A stretch of 62,857 bases of DNA, filler included, from Sphacelaria rigidula (taxonomy: Eukaryota), in NCBI GenBank assembly GCA_964200075.2. It is 11 parts of 11 records of this genome, joined end to end, with 100 filler letters (N's around TTAATTAATTAA, not from the genome) between each part and the next. Parts side by side here need not be neighbours in the genome. Positions count along the whole stretch, not along the records: positions 1 to 5,624 come from CAXNAA020025767.1; positions 5,725 to 11,348 come from CAXNAA020025768.1; 9 more parts are not named here. The stretch is one strand, 5' to 3'. The first letter of the stretch is position 1. Each line of letters starts with the position of its first letter. Below the pieces are notes generated by a model. It had not been told where the DNA came from. It worked only from the letters and a program-made list of their open reading frames with translations, and did not search any database. Made by a program: the position numbers and the translations under genes. This document shows positions 1-11,047 of this stretch, in pieces.

Positions 1-190
1 AGACCATTGACCTCGCATCCCTACAAAGCCGGGACGGAGCACGCCGGGTTTTTGCCGGACTAGGCTCGCATGAAGGGCGAGCTGCATCCTGCTAAGATTG
101 TTCGGCCCGGATCCTACTGATTATCTTGCATGTGGATGACAGCCAACAATGAGTTGCTTTATGGGGGGGGGGGCGTGTAAACACTTCACG
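1..190 (+). repeat. Highly abundant dispersed repeat (core GACCATTGACC(T/A)CGCATCCCT...GGACGGAGCACGCCGGG)
   Basis: 1-46 is the exact reverse complement of 5725-5770. Related copies at ~5555-5624, 8125-8203, 11449-11540, 23965-24030, 28635-28695, 43225-43285, 43520-43810, 44265-44590, 54730-55010 and 57065-57120. Confidence 0.9.
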
Positions 191-699
191 CATGAAGACC
201 CAGCCACTTGGAAGCGTCGATCCAGGCAGTGAACTTCACTCGAACGCTCGAAGTACCAACATACTTTTTGTATATGTATTCACACCGCTCGACAACGTCT
301 CTACTCATACATACAACCCAATAGCCAGCGGCTTCGATGGCGTACTGTACCGGAACACAGTCGTGGACCCTTTTGTTTCGTGCAATGGACCACAGCCCAC
401 CCTCTCACAGGATCATTCATCATGATATCTCTCATAACAAAAACTGATCAAACCACTCTTTATCAGTGCGTACAATGTACCACATATCCAGACAAATTTG
501 TAATCAGCACACCCCAACACCCGATATTTCCGTGTGTCCAAACCCGGCATGCATGTTGTGACGGACAGGCTGATTCACGCTTGTGACCCGAAACATATTA
601 ATCGGTAAAACTTCACGCCGTTTTCTAGAGGTAGACTCTGAAAGACTGCACAACTGTGCCCTAGTTCATTACGAAACGTTTCATAGGCGAGTTTTTTTT

Positions 700-1535
700 A
701 CTTCTCGTTTTTTCAAGCGGTTTCCGGAGGTCCCAGCATGCTCGGGGAGTCCTGGGACCCCTGGGATCCCTGGAAACCGGTGAAAACAATTTGACCGCAA
801 GAAAATCGTCCATCAAAATGTTTCATCATGTCCCATAGTACATGTGTGCAATTTTCCACAGTATAACTCCAAAACTCGGCGTGAATTTTAGAGCTCTTGT
901 GCGACGAAATTTTCCGTGCCCTGTGCAAACTTCAAACTTCGTTTCTAATTTTATTATAGAAACCTCTTTTTCGTGTATGTTCAACATTTTTTGTGAGTCA
1001 TTCTCTACCGGCTCCCTGGGGTCTTCACGCTGAGACCCTCGGAAGCCGGTTAAGAGCGGAGACCACTCGAAATATTTTTCGTTTTTTATGGGGAGCACCT
1101 ATACGTACCAACCTGCCAAATTTGAGGGCGGTCCGAGCTTCTCTACGACAGATAAGGGCAAAAGTTAGCAGGGTTCCCGGGTCTTTGGTGCCGATCATCC
1201 GTGCAAATCCGACGATGCCAAAATCCCACATTACCGAAATGTCACATTGTTACGTATAATTGGGTGCCATTGTAACCGTTTTCAAAGCTGTTTTTTATCC
1301 ATTAGGTCCTCGAGCTGATGGCGGCTGCTACATGTTGAAGCATGTGGAGATCGGGTTGAAATTGGATCGGGAATTCGTATCTTCAATTTCAGAACAAGTC
1401 GCGAAGACCGCTGATTGGTCGACGTACCATTTCGCCCTCAGTGCCACGACTATAGCCTTGAACAAAAATCCGGCTATGTTCCCCTCTTCAGTTATCACTG
1501 GCGGTCAGTATAAAATCATGTGTGAAATTACTGGG
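700..1535. mobile_element. Non-autonomous DNA-transposon-like repeat; second copy at ~60915-61450
   Basis: Collinear shared blocks with the 60.9-61.4 kb copy (CTGGGGTCTTCA..GGAAGCCGGT, GCTGATTGGTCGA, TAGCCTTGAACAAAAATCCGGC, GCGGTCAGTA); internal inverted copy 715-785 vs 1005-1050. Confidence 0.7.
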
Positions 1536-1889
1536 TAGGGTATTGCGGAAGGCATTTGGTGATGAGCTAATGTAGGGTAGGTAATATGCCTGAACCAACC
1601 TGCATACTACGAGTTAGGCCAGTCGTGGAACGTGAAACCTCTGGGCACACCACAACCTTTTCAGTTTCCCGAAACAAGCTGATATAGGAATATGATGTGA
1701 ACTGTGGACCAACCCGGTCAAACGTGTCTTCGCCGCTGCTCGATCGGCGCAGTTTTAGAGATCAGATTCTTGGACTGCATCAAGTTCCAGGTACGCCTCA
1801 TATCGTGGCGTGATAGAATGTTCGGAGTTTATATATATATATATATATATGTATATATTACGTGGCGGAATTAGGTATGACAACTTTGT

Positions 1890-2690
1890 CAGGCATAGTT
1901 AGGCTTTTACTTATTATGCTAGCATAATTTCTGGCATAACTCCACCTTGGTAGCATAAATAGCATAGCGTTCCAGCAATTAGCATAATCGAGCATAATTT
2001 CCATGTTAGGAGCATAATCGAGCATAATTTTTCACCAATGGGGGTAAGAATACTGGTCTAAAATGCTGGCCTGCTGTGATATTTTGAGCGGAAAATTTGC
2101 TATCATCGACCGCGGGTCTGAAATACGTGTATGCTCTGGAACTGCACATTCAAAATGCCAGTGTGATCGATCGCAGGTCTGAAAACGTTGTCATGAGAGA
2201 ACACGACACAAAACGTAAACACGTGCGATGTACTGTACAGTCTGTAGTTTGTAGTACACAGCGCACATATATATATTAGTGTGACGGGTAACATTTATCG
2301 TGACGTGTAACCTTTGTCGTGACGTGTAACGTAAAAAATACGTGACACGTTACGTGAAACATTTCAAAATACGTTACTGTGACGTGACGTAACGTATAAC
2401 TTTTTAATACGTCACAAGTGTGACGTCACGTAACGTACCCGTACAAAAATGTGACGTGACGCCACGTATAATGTTTCATACGTCACAAATTGTGACGGTA
2501 CGTAACGTATGATTTTTCATACGTCACACTTGTGACGTAAGTGTAACGTGTAACGTAAAAATGCCTGATTTTTTGGAAATGCGAGCATAAATCGAGCATA
2601 AATTCCACGTAACGAGCATATTTTTTGGTGAGATTACTTTCATAAAAACGTGACCTTACTAACATAGTAAGTAAAATTTTGGGCATAGTA
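1890..2690. mobile_element. hAT-like non-autonomous element with AGCATA(A) subterminal arrays, interrupted by a GTGACG/TAACGT array at 2279-2560
   Basis: Dense AGCATAA copies at 1920-2035 and 2580-2620; inverted ends TTTTACTTATTATGCTAG / CTAACATAGTAAGTAAAA; the internal block starts TAGTGTGACGGG. Confidence 0.55.
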
Positions 2691-2899
2691 AAGAGTGCGA
2701 TGGGGATGCTGAGAGATTGCATCAAGCTCGTCAGCCGCTCAATCGCAGGAGAAGACCTCCGAGCCGATAGTCACATAAAACGGGCATAAGCACAAGCATC
2801 CAACTCGGACTAGACTGAAACGCTTTCCTCAAGCTAATCCCTAATGGTGATCATTTTGTCTCGCGATTGGGGAGAAAAAAAACAGATTATAGGGCGGGG

Positions 2900-2975
2900 A
2901 AAACGGTCGTGTGAGGATTCGAACTTGTGACCTGTGTAAATGGAGGCTCCTCTACCAGTTGGACCACCGGGGTGC
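2900..2975 (-). ncRNA. tRNA-derived Pol III promoter head (SINE-like or pseudo-tRNA)
   Basis: Minus strand has A-box TGGTCCAACTGG and B-box AGTTCGAATCC followed by TTTT; acceptor and T stems do not pair, so not an intact tRNA. Confidence 0.6.
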
Positions 2976-3635
2976 AGCGGTGTCACACAAAAAGTTCCAT
3001 GCGCGGACGAGTTTCACCAGTTTTTAGCCAACATTGTGTCAGGGTCTTGTGTGCGCGAGTGAAAAATCCGTGCTCCGGGATACGGCCATCGTTTGCTTCT
3101 TCATGGAGTCATGTCATTTTCTAGTTTTTCGCGAAAACTTCAAACTGCTCTGACTATATATTTTCCTTTTTCTTCGCATCCCAAAGATTGTTTCGCGTCT
3201 TGATAAGAACATCGTGTCAAAATTCCAGCGCTTAGCTACTCAAAATAAGCCGCCCGTCACATATCACTCGAAAAATTATACTTCGGTTGGACCAGCTCGT
3301 ACCGTGCGATAACTTCAACACCGTCTCAGGGAGATTGTGCATGAGTCAGACCATCGAATGGACTCGAGTTCACCAGAGTGGCGTACTGATTGCTGCGCTT
3401 GTGGTCGGGGAACTATTGCGCATGAAGAGCGCTTGAGCAAGGTTTTCGCCCAATGATTTTGTTTTGTGCTGTGCTGCCGAGTTAGATCTGTCACAACACA
3501 ACGGCGAGGGATGCCAACGTTATCTCTAGTGAATTTTGATCGATAAATTGGTGGATTGTCGCGCATTAAGTCATCCCCCGAGGAATGTAAACGTGATTAA
3601 AAGAATGTTATCATATTTTCGAAAGCTGTGCTCTG

Positions 3636-4758
3636 TAGGGTACGGGTTTTTGTATACCCGGGGGATTTTCCCAGGTATTACTCGTGCCCGACAGTTGTGT
3701 CACTTTCATACCGGTACCCGACACTTCTCTACCTTCTGTACGAATATTATACCCCTACCCGATGCTTCTGCGAGCTCTGTAAGTCTCTCGTACCCTTACC
3801 GCAGGCACGGGTATACCCTGAATAAAAATATCCTGTTGCGGGTACGGTTATCTGTGCAACTTTCATACCCTACCCGACAAGCTCTGTAACTTCTGCAAGA
3901 CTTTCATACCGGTACCCGACAGTTCTGCACGTTCCACAAGACGTTATTACCCCTACACGACAGTTCTGGAAGTTCTGCAAGCCTCCCATACCCCTATCCG
4001 AGGCTAGGGTACATCATTATTTTCATACCCGATGCAGGTACGAGCACAGGTGTATACCCTGGGGAGGTGTGAATATAGCTTCGATTCCGAGCCAATCTGA
4101 TAACCTGGACTTGTACCGGAACCCCCTGTTGATCAAACAGCCCTCGCTTACTCAACACCACACCCACAAAAACTCAAAAATTGAAATTACGTACACCGAG
4201 AGGTTATGGGGCATATTTGAGCGCAAACACGAAACATGAGCAGCAAGGAAAACCCGTGAGGATGGATCGCCCCCAGACTCGAGTGGGGGTGGTTCATCTG
4301 CGCCCCCAGGCGGATCAAGCAGCAAGGTGCTCGTCGTCGACGTCGACGGCGGTCATCTTCAAGGTTTTATTTTGTAGGTTCGGTTTTAATATACCCGGGA
4401 AAACGCACCGGGTATTACTCGCACCCTATAGTTCTGTGACTTCTGCAAGACTCTCGAAACGGGTACCTGACAGTTCTGTAAGTTTTGAAAGACTTTCGTA
4501 CCCCTACCCAATAGTTATGTGACTTCTGTAGAACTTGCACACCGGTACCCGGCAGTTCTGTGACTTCTTTAAGCCCCTCCGGGAGTTCTGGACAAAATGT
4601 TTACTACCCTTACCCGGAGCGCGGGTATACCGTTGTAGAAACACCCGGTTGCGGGATTGATTCTCTGTGCAACCTTCATACCCTACCCGACAAGTTCTGT
4701 GACTTCTGTAAGCTTCTCACACCCTATCCGACAGGTTCTGGTACTTCTGCACACCCTG
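3636..4758 (+). repeat. Two copies (3636-4065 and 4376-4758) of a TACCC/GGGTA-motif array element
   Basis: Both copies begin TAGG..GGTTTT..TATACCC.GGG..GGTATTACTCG and carry ~40-bp units (ACCCGACA(A)GTTCTGT.A.TTCTG.AAGA). Confidence 0.75.
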
Positions 4759-4769
4759 GACAATGCAAT

Positions 4770-5521
4770 ACATGATAAATATTGCCCCCCCCTATATGTC
4801 GACGCGTCGCGTGTTTAATATATATTGGCCGAGCAACAAATATGATGGCACGAGACACGTCAATATATTTTGTGTCATCAACATGCCAAGGCTTGCGTCA
4901 CCTCAATATATATTTTGGCCGAGTAATATTTTGGTGCGGTAAGGCGCTGAGATATGTTTGTCGAGTAATATGTTGGCTGCCACACGAGGTCAATATATGT
5001 TGACGATCCAATGTACTCAGCATCCGAAGCGGAAATACATATTGCCGCCACAAGATGTCGTGCTTCAATGCGTCCAATACATATTGGGCGAACGATACAT
5101 GAGGGAGTCGACCGTTACAATATTTGTGATGGAGCAATATCTATATACTACTGGCTCAATTTGTATATTGGAGAGTGTATGGGAATTAGTATGGTGGGCA
5201 CTTTTGTGTTCGCGGACGCCATTGAAAGATATATCGCCAGATTCCGAGAACACTCAATATATTTCTTCGCACGCGTGTCCAATATATATATTGGCTGCAC
5301 AAAAGCTACGCGATGAGCGTGCGCGATATATTAATGTATATGAATTGGAAAAACAATCATATTGCATGGTTTGTATTCAATATATATCATCGCAACAAGA
5401 CGTTATGCGTCGCTTCGACTCAGTATATGTAGACACTTCAGTACATAAACGACCGACATGAACAATACATGTCGAGCGTTTTGTTCCCGCCACATGTGCG
5501 TGTCCAATGCATATTGACATG
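4770..5521. repeat. AATATAT-motif array element (transposon subterminal-type)
   Basis: Many AATATAT/ATATTG motifs at short spacing; the ORFs here are low-complexity. Confidence 0.6.
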
Positions 5522-5624
5522 CATTACTTTACAATCGCGTCATCCTACGATAGAGTGGGGGAGCGTACTCATTTGTTGCTTGCCTTAGTCGTTTGACCAT
5601 TGACCACGCATCCCTTTCGAGACG

Positions 5625-5724
5625 NNNNNNNNNNNNNNNNNNNNNNNNNNNNNNNNNNNNNNNNNNNNTTAATTAATTAANNNNNNNNNNNNNNNNNNNN
5701 NNNNNNNNNNNNNNNNNNNNNNNN
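5625..5724. other. Artificial contig-join spacer (N44-TTAATTAATTAA-N44); also at 11349-11448, 17073-17172, 22797-22896, 28521-28620, 34245-34344, 39968-40067, 45691-45790, 51414-51513, 57136-57235
   Basis: The identical 100-nt spacer with a six-frame stop linker occurs ten times, and the segments between spacers decrease monotonically from 5624 to 5622 bp. Confidence 0.98.
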
Positions 5725-5834
5725 CGGCGTGCTCCGTCCCGGCTTTGTAGGGATGCGAGGTCAATGGTCTGATGACTATGGCACGCATGATCATGAGTGC
5801 AGCCTCGTGCCGTAGCAGTATCATGATAGATGGG

Positions 5835-7063
5835 TCACAGCACTACCACGGCATTCCATTCAAAATAATCGCCCATGAAGGTTGCGCAACAGCTTGACAC
5901 CTACATGGTGCTACCATGACAGTACCGTGACATTTCCATGAGGGCGTCATGACACCACCGATGCAGTACTTCCATGATGCACCCTTGATTTTACCATGCA
6001 GAAAGCAGCCTAGCAGGGTACATGAAACCTACCTCGTGACCGATAGAACGAGCTGAAAACAGCCATGGGTTGTGTTCCAGCATGCGTGCACGTATGTAGC
6101 ACTCTGAAACTTCCGTTCCTCGATGGCTGTGAGGATGGCCAACACCTCACTTGCAACCGAAGGTTCCTTCGAAGTATCTCATCTCCACCGCTGGAAGCGT
6201 GAGAACGTGAGTGAACAAACAGTGTTTGACTGAGTTGGTTTGACGAGAGCTGACGCTGTGCAGGGAGTGTTGTCTCGATCTACGAGATCTGAATGTAAGG
6301 CGTGTACCGAGGGCGAGATTGGTTGATCTCTCGAGACCACAGGCTCGTCCCGAAAAAGAGAGGGGTTCGGAGTTTATTTCATTATTTAATTATTTGTCGC
6401 TCTTGAACCCCTCCTTTTCCTCGGAACGAGTCCGTGCTCACAGTACCACCACGGCATTCCCTTAAAAATATGCGCCGATGAAGGTTGCGCAACAGCTCAA
6501 CCCCTGCATGGTGCTACCATGACAGTACCGTGGCATTTCCATGAGGGCGTCCATGACACCACCGTGACACCAACGCAGTACTTCCATGATGCACCCTTGA
6601 TTCTACCAGGCAAACGTTAGCCTAGCACGGTACATACAATTTACCTCGCGGTCGATAGAACGATGCCCAATCGAACATGCTGAAAATAGCCATGGGTCGT
6701 GTTCAGCATGCATGCACGTATGTAGCACTCTGAAACTTCCGTCCCTCGATGGCCATGAGAATGGCCAACACCTCGCTTGCAATCGAAGATCTCTTCGAAG
6801 TATCTCATCTCTACCGTAGGGAGATTGAGAACGTGAGTGAACGAACAGTACTTGACTGAGTTGGTTTTACCAGAGTCGACGCGGTGCAGAAAGTGTTGCC
6901 TCGATCCACGAGACCTAAATGTAAGGTGCGTACCCGGGACAGATGAAATGATCTCTCGAGACCACGGGCTCGTCCCAAAAACGAGAGGGGTTCAGAGTTT
7001 ATATCATTATTCATTCATTTGTCGCCCTTGAACCCCTCCTTTCCCCGGGATGAGTCCGTGGTC
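5835..7063 (+). repeat. ~600-bp diverged tandem duplication (5835-6437 / 6438-7063)
   Basis: Collinear shared sequence (GAAGGTTGCGCAACAGCT, ATGGTGCTACCATGACAGTACCGTG, TGTAGCACTCTGAAACTTCCGT, TCTCTCGAGACCAC, TTGAACCCCTCCTTT). Confidence 0.9.
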
Positions 7064-7212
7064 TCAAGGGATCAACCCATCTTTTCCCCGGTACACGCCT
7101 TGGACTTGGACTCGCGGATGGGGTCAGCACTCCCGCACCGCGTCAACTCACGTCACACAAATCCAGTCGACTAGTTTTGTTTACTCACGTTCTCGCGCTT
7201 TCCCACGGTGGA
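6810..7212. mobile_element. Foldback MITE with long imperfect inverted arms
   Basis: GAGAACGTGAGTGAAC vs GTTTACTCACGTTCTC; GACGCGGTGC vs GCACCGCGTC; GAGACCACGG vs CCGTGGTCTC; GAGGGGTTCA vs TGAACCCCTC. Confidence 0.75.
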
Positions 7213-7396
7213 AATCAGACGCAATCGAAAATCTAACCATCGTTCTCCCCGTCGGGGCGCGGCGGCGAAATGTGACAAAAAATAGGAAACCCCTCCACTC
7301 GATGTGCCGATCTCCCATCGTGCACGCAGAAAATTGCGGTAATCCGCTGTCCCAAGCATGATGACAAATTCTGCCGGTTGCTGATGCGTTGCGCAG

Positions 7397-10300
7397 GTCA
7401 GGCGAAATCGCCTGTCGAAGTTCGAGTACGTCAGCGGTGACCCGGCCGCCACTCGCGAGTCCGAAGATGTGCTTCTCACCTCGGAGTCCAAGCCCGAGTA
7501 TTACCACAATGGCGGCTGGCTCGGCTTCAAGCCTTCCGACTACGGGTCCAGCGTAAGTCAGGGGTACTGACCTCGCTACCGAGATATGAACTTCCCGTGC
7601 GACTCGTAGCTTCGTCCGTTGGAAGCGACCGAACAACTTGCATTTATTTGTGTGCAAAGGCGTGAGTTCCACGCCTGGAGATATTGTTTACGGTAATATT
7701 AACGATGCCCTCAGGTCGGAATCGACACACGAAGGCTCCCAAGGTAAACATGTCTTGGTATGTTCAGCGAATGTCGCGCCCCCTAGCACGTAGCTGGATA
7801 TCACGCCACCCCCCCGTCCCTCCCTTTGCCCAAAGCCTCTGGCTCATAAAAACCCCAGACCGCGCTATGCGTGGTTTTCAACGCGTCGTTTTTGTTTCAT
7901 GAAATGACGCCTCCGAGGGGGGCCGTATGAGGTCCTGATTCACGGGCGCACCCTTGGCCCCCGATAGCTAGAGTGACGCCACGGAACCGGGGTGCGCACG
8001 GTGCTGTGCGACTAGCCGCAGGAAGGACAATCGTCAACTGAGACATCAAAAGCTGCAAATATGAAGCTCTCTGACTTTTGCTTGTCATTATGTTGAGATA
8101 GCCCCGCCGCCCGTTGGGGGAGGGCGGGGGGGGAGGCGGACTCATTTGTTGCTCAGTCGTGTGACCATTGACCACGCATCCCTTTCGAGACGGAGCACGC
8201 CGCGCGTTGGGGAGGGGGTAGCAGGGGGACTGTTCAACGCTTCAGTCTGCGACCACTGTCGCTTTATCTCTGGATGGAAAAGCAGTACGCCCGCGAAGTT
8301 GGGAAAAAAGTGATTCCACTACGTTGTTTTTTGCGCATATATTTATACATTTATCAAGCTGATGGCTACGATTGCACAAATTCGATTGGGTATTAACTTC
8401 ATCCTTGACAATACTGCAGGCCGCATCCCACGACCTCTACTGGAGTATCGGTGATGCGGGACCCCAGGAGGACCCCTACAACCACGGTCAAAGAACGGAT
8501 ACATTGTTTGGGTCCATCGTGCGTATTTCGGTTCCGTCAGACGGCACAGGCTATACAGTTCCATCAGGGAACTACCCAGGAAGTAAGTGTGTGCTGCGAC
8601 TGGAGGCTTGTCGCATCATGTTTGTAGGCCTAACACGGTGGCCCTGTGCAGTAGTCAAAAGGAACCAGTGGAATCGTTTCAATTCATCATGCGCCTCCAT
8701 TCGATGGAGCCGTTAGTTCTGATAGACAAATGTAGTAATATCTTTTCGGCGGACCCGCCATTGCTTCAGACCGAAACGAATACTCGCAACAACGCATCGG
8801 ATCGTTTCTGCAGCACTTGGACACCTTTGTGTATTTCACGCTCGAGTCATTTCTCCGTGACCCTCGCCCACCGTACCCTCCCTTCCTTTGCCATCGTCCG
8901 TTGTTCAATCGGAAAGACTCACCCGAAATCTGCGCACCAGGCTTCCGCAATCCCTGGAGGTGTGGCTTCGACAGGGACACCGATGACCTGTACTGCGGGG
9001 ACGTCGGCCAAACTCTAATCGAGAGTATCTACAAAGTAGAGTGAGTGCAAAGCTTTTTTTTGATGGAAACGTGTTTTGTGTTGATACCACAATGAGGAAG
9101 AGCTGTGTCCCGAAGGAACAAAAAAGCACTTTAGAAAAACCAGGTCATGAAAGTTGCCATACATGGTTCGCAGTGACATAACTCCTTCCCAGAGCACATG
9201 TTTCGAAGAGTATCTTTCTTTTTTTCAAAGTCTCTTTCGAACTTACCTTCGAAGTATTCGAATAACACGTTGTGTTCGAAAAACGTACCTAACCCGTTGA
9301 GGTAGAATGCGAATGGACAGGGCGAAGATGCGGAGATGTCATGTTTAATCGTGAAGTCAAAGCCCTATATAACAGTCACACGGACACAGCCAAGAATAGC
9401 CGATGAGAGATGGACACGGTGGCATAACCTGGACAATAGAATACACGGTCCAAAAATGTACTGCGTACAGTATGGAATATATTGTCTATTGCTTGTAATA
9501 GACAATATATTTCATACTGTACGCAGTACATTTTTGGACCGTGTATTCTATTGTCCAGGGTATGCACGGTGGCTGATGGTCAATGAGATGTAAAGCGACG
9601 AGGATATTTTATTAATCATTTTGCCGAGAGGGGTGCAAATGGTCACATAAGAAGAGGGCAGGAAAACGGAAGATGTAAAACACATCACTTCGCGCTAGTG
9701 GTGACAACATGTTGGGTACTGAAGAACGCCCTGGGAAGACGTGACCTACTTGGACGAAACGATGATGTCGTCAGTTCCCTGTACCTGGCGTCACGCGAGA
9801 TGACACCCCTATATATGAGTACCACAGTATCCACTTTCCAAGACCAACACAAACCCAACGCGCAAGCACACGTCGATTTCTGAGACCCAGTGTTCCTTGC
9901 CAGACAAAGTGTAGCTCGAGCCATGGCCTTTGATCAGCTGAACACGAAGTTCTTGTCTCGGGTCCAGTCGGGTCAATACCGACTGAGGTTAAATGTATCA
10001 GGCGTGCCCTAAATATCATAGCCACGGACGCCCAACGCCTGCATGGTCAAATGAAATGAAACTGGAATGATCTCATGGGTACAGGTCGTGTATGTATATG
10101 TAACCCCACAAACAGGGACACTTTTTTCGACTGAATGTTATCATACACCCGTCGCTGCTGCATGCTGCCTCGACAAATGCGTTGAAATTCACATCTATTG
10201 GTGTCAGGTTCGCACACAGGAGATGGGGATACATGTAGAGGACCGTATTGCACGATGCTGTGCAGTGCGAAGCGTTGTGTGCTGCACTACTGTGCTCCTG

Positions 10301-10632
10301 TACTCTGTACTGTAACTGAAAGATCGATGCGGGATCCGTGCTGTACCTGACTGCGCCCCGTGTTTAGCATGCTTAGCCGGTTCTGATCATTTTTCTACTG
10401 TATCTCCTCAGGTGTGGCAACAACTATGGATGGGGGCGTTTCGAAGGCACTCATTGCACGGATTTTTCCGAGGCTCGAGAAGGAAGTTGCTCGGTTGCTG
10501 ATAGGTCGTTCATGACGCCTCCGATATTTGAATACTGCCAGTTCGACTATTCCTACAGCAACTCGGACGGCGAGTACACTGATGGCAACGACCCCTGCGG
10601 GGACAGAGTTGTCGCCGGGAATTCTGTCATCG
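7397..10632 (+). CDS. HIPL1-like / PQQ-type glucose-sorbosone dehydrogenase (GSDH) beta-propeller protein, partial; exons 7397-7552, 8420-8582, 8917-9040, 10412-10632
   Basis: All four exons have AG/GT sites and compatible phases. The joined peptide carries family motifs in order: [79 protein letters not shown]. Confidence 0.9.
9423..9564. mobile_element. 142-bp near-perfect palindromic MITE with 8-bp TSD (hAT-type), intronic
   Basis: 70-nt arms with 3 non-Watson-Crick positions and a 2-nt centre; CACGGTGG duplicated at 9415-9422 and 9565-9572; ends CATA.CCTGG...CCAGGGTATG. Confidence 0.9.
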
Positions 10633-10818
10633 GTGAGTAACAATTATGGGTGGTGTGCAGCATGTTTCGGGGGTATCTCAACTCTACTGCACGCTGGGGA
10701 ATAGGGATTGTGACCCTTCACGATCCTTCACAAGTTAAAAGGAATACTTGTCATTGCAGGAGGAGGAGCTTTCACTTGTTCGTACCCATCTTCAAAGTGA
10801 ATGTCAAAGTTCATATTC

Positions 10819-11047
10819 CGGTAGTGTATGTAATGCGTGAGAGGACCGCGTGCTTGAAGGACCGCGCCGTAGTTGAAAATACCTCAGGATCGATGTTTTT
10901 CAAAACCAGTCGGGCCAGTCCCTGCAGGCACCACACCCCTGACCCTTACCCCAATACTAACCCTAACCCGAACCATAGGGCTGTTCAAATTCCGATGCGG
11001 TCCTCTAAGCACGCGGTCCTCTCACGCATTACAGTGTATATTAACCG
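10819..11047. mobile_element. MITE with ~55-bp TIRs and internal degenerate CCCTAA repeats
   Basis: TGTAATGCGTGAGAGGACCGCGTGCTT and its exact reverse complement AAGCACGCGGTCCTCTCACGCATTACA. Confidence 0.8.

Noticed and set aside
2900..2975. Functional tRNA genes here and at 34699-34771
   Set aside because: A- and B-boxes are present but the acceptor, anticodon and T stems do not pair into a cloverleaf.
1688..4363. Possible + strand exons at ~1689-1790, ~3330-3441 and ~4249-4363
   Set aside because: Splice-like boundaries, but ambiguous frames and no recognisable protein.
3636..4758. CRISPR-like ~40-bp periodic repeats
   Set aside because: Degenerate tandem units without constant-repeat/unique-spacer structure.
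4958..5461. 167-aa ORF
   Set aside because: Lies wholly within the AATATAT motif array and has no domain signature.
5669..5680. Regularly spaced TTAATTAATTAA palindromes every ~5.72 kb
   Set aside because: Assembly linker inside N runs, not biological periodicity.
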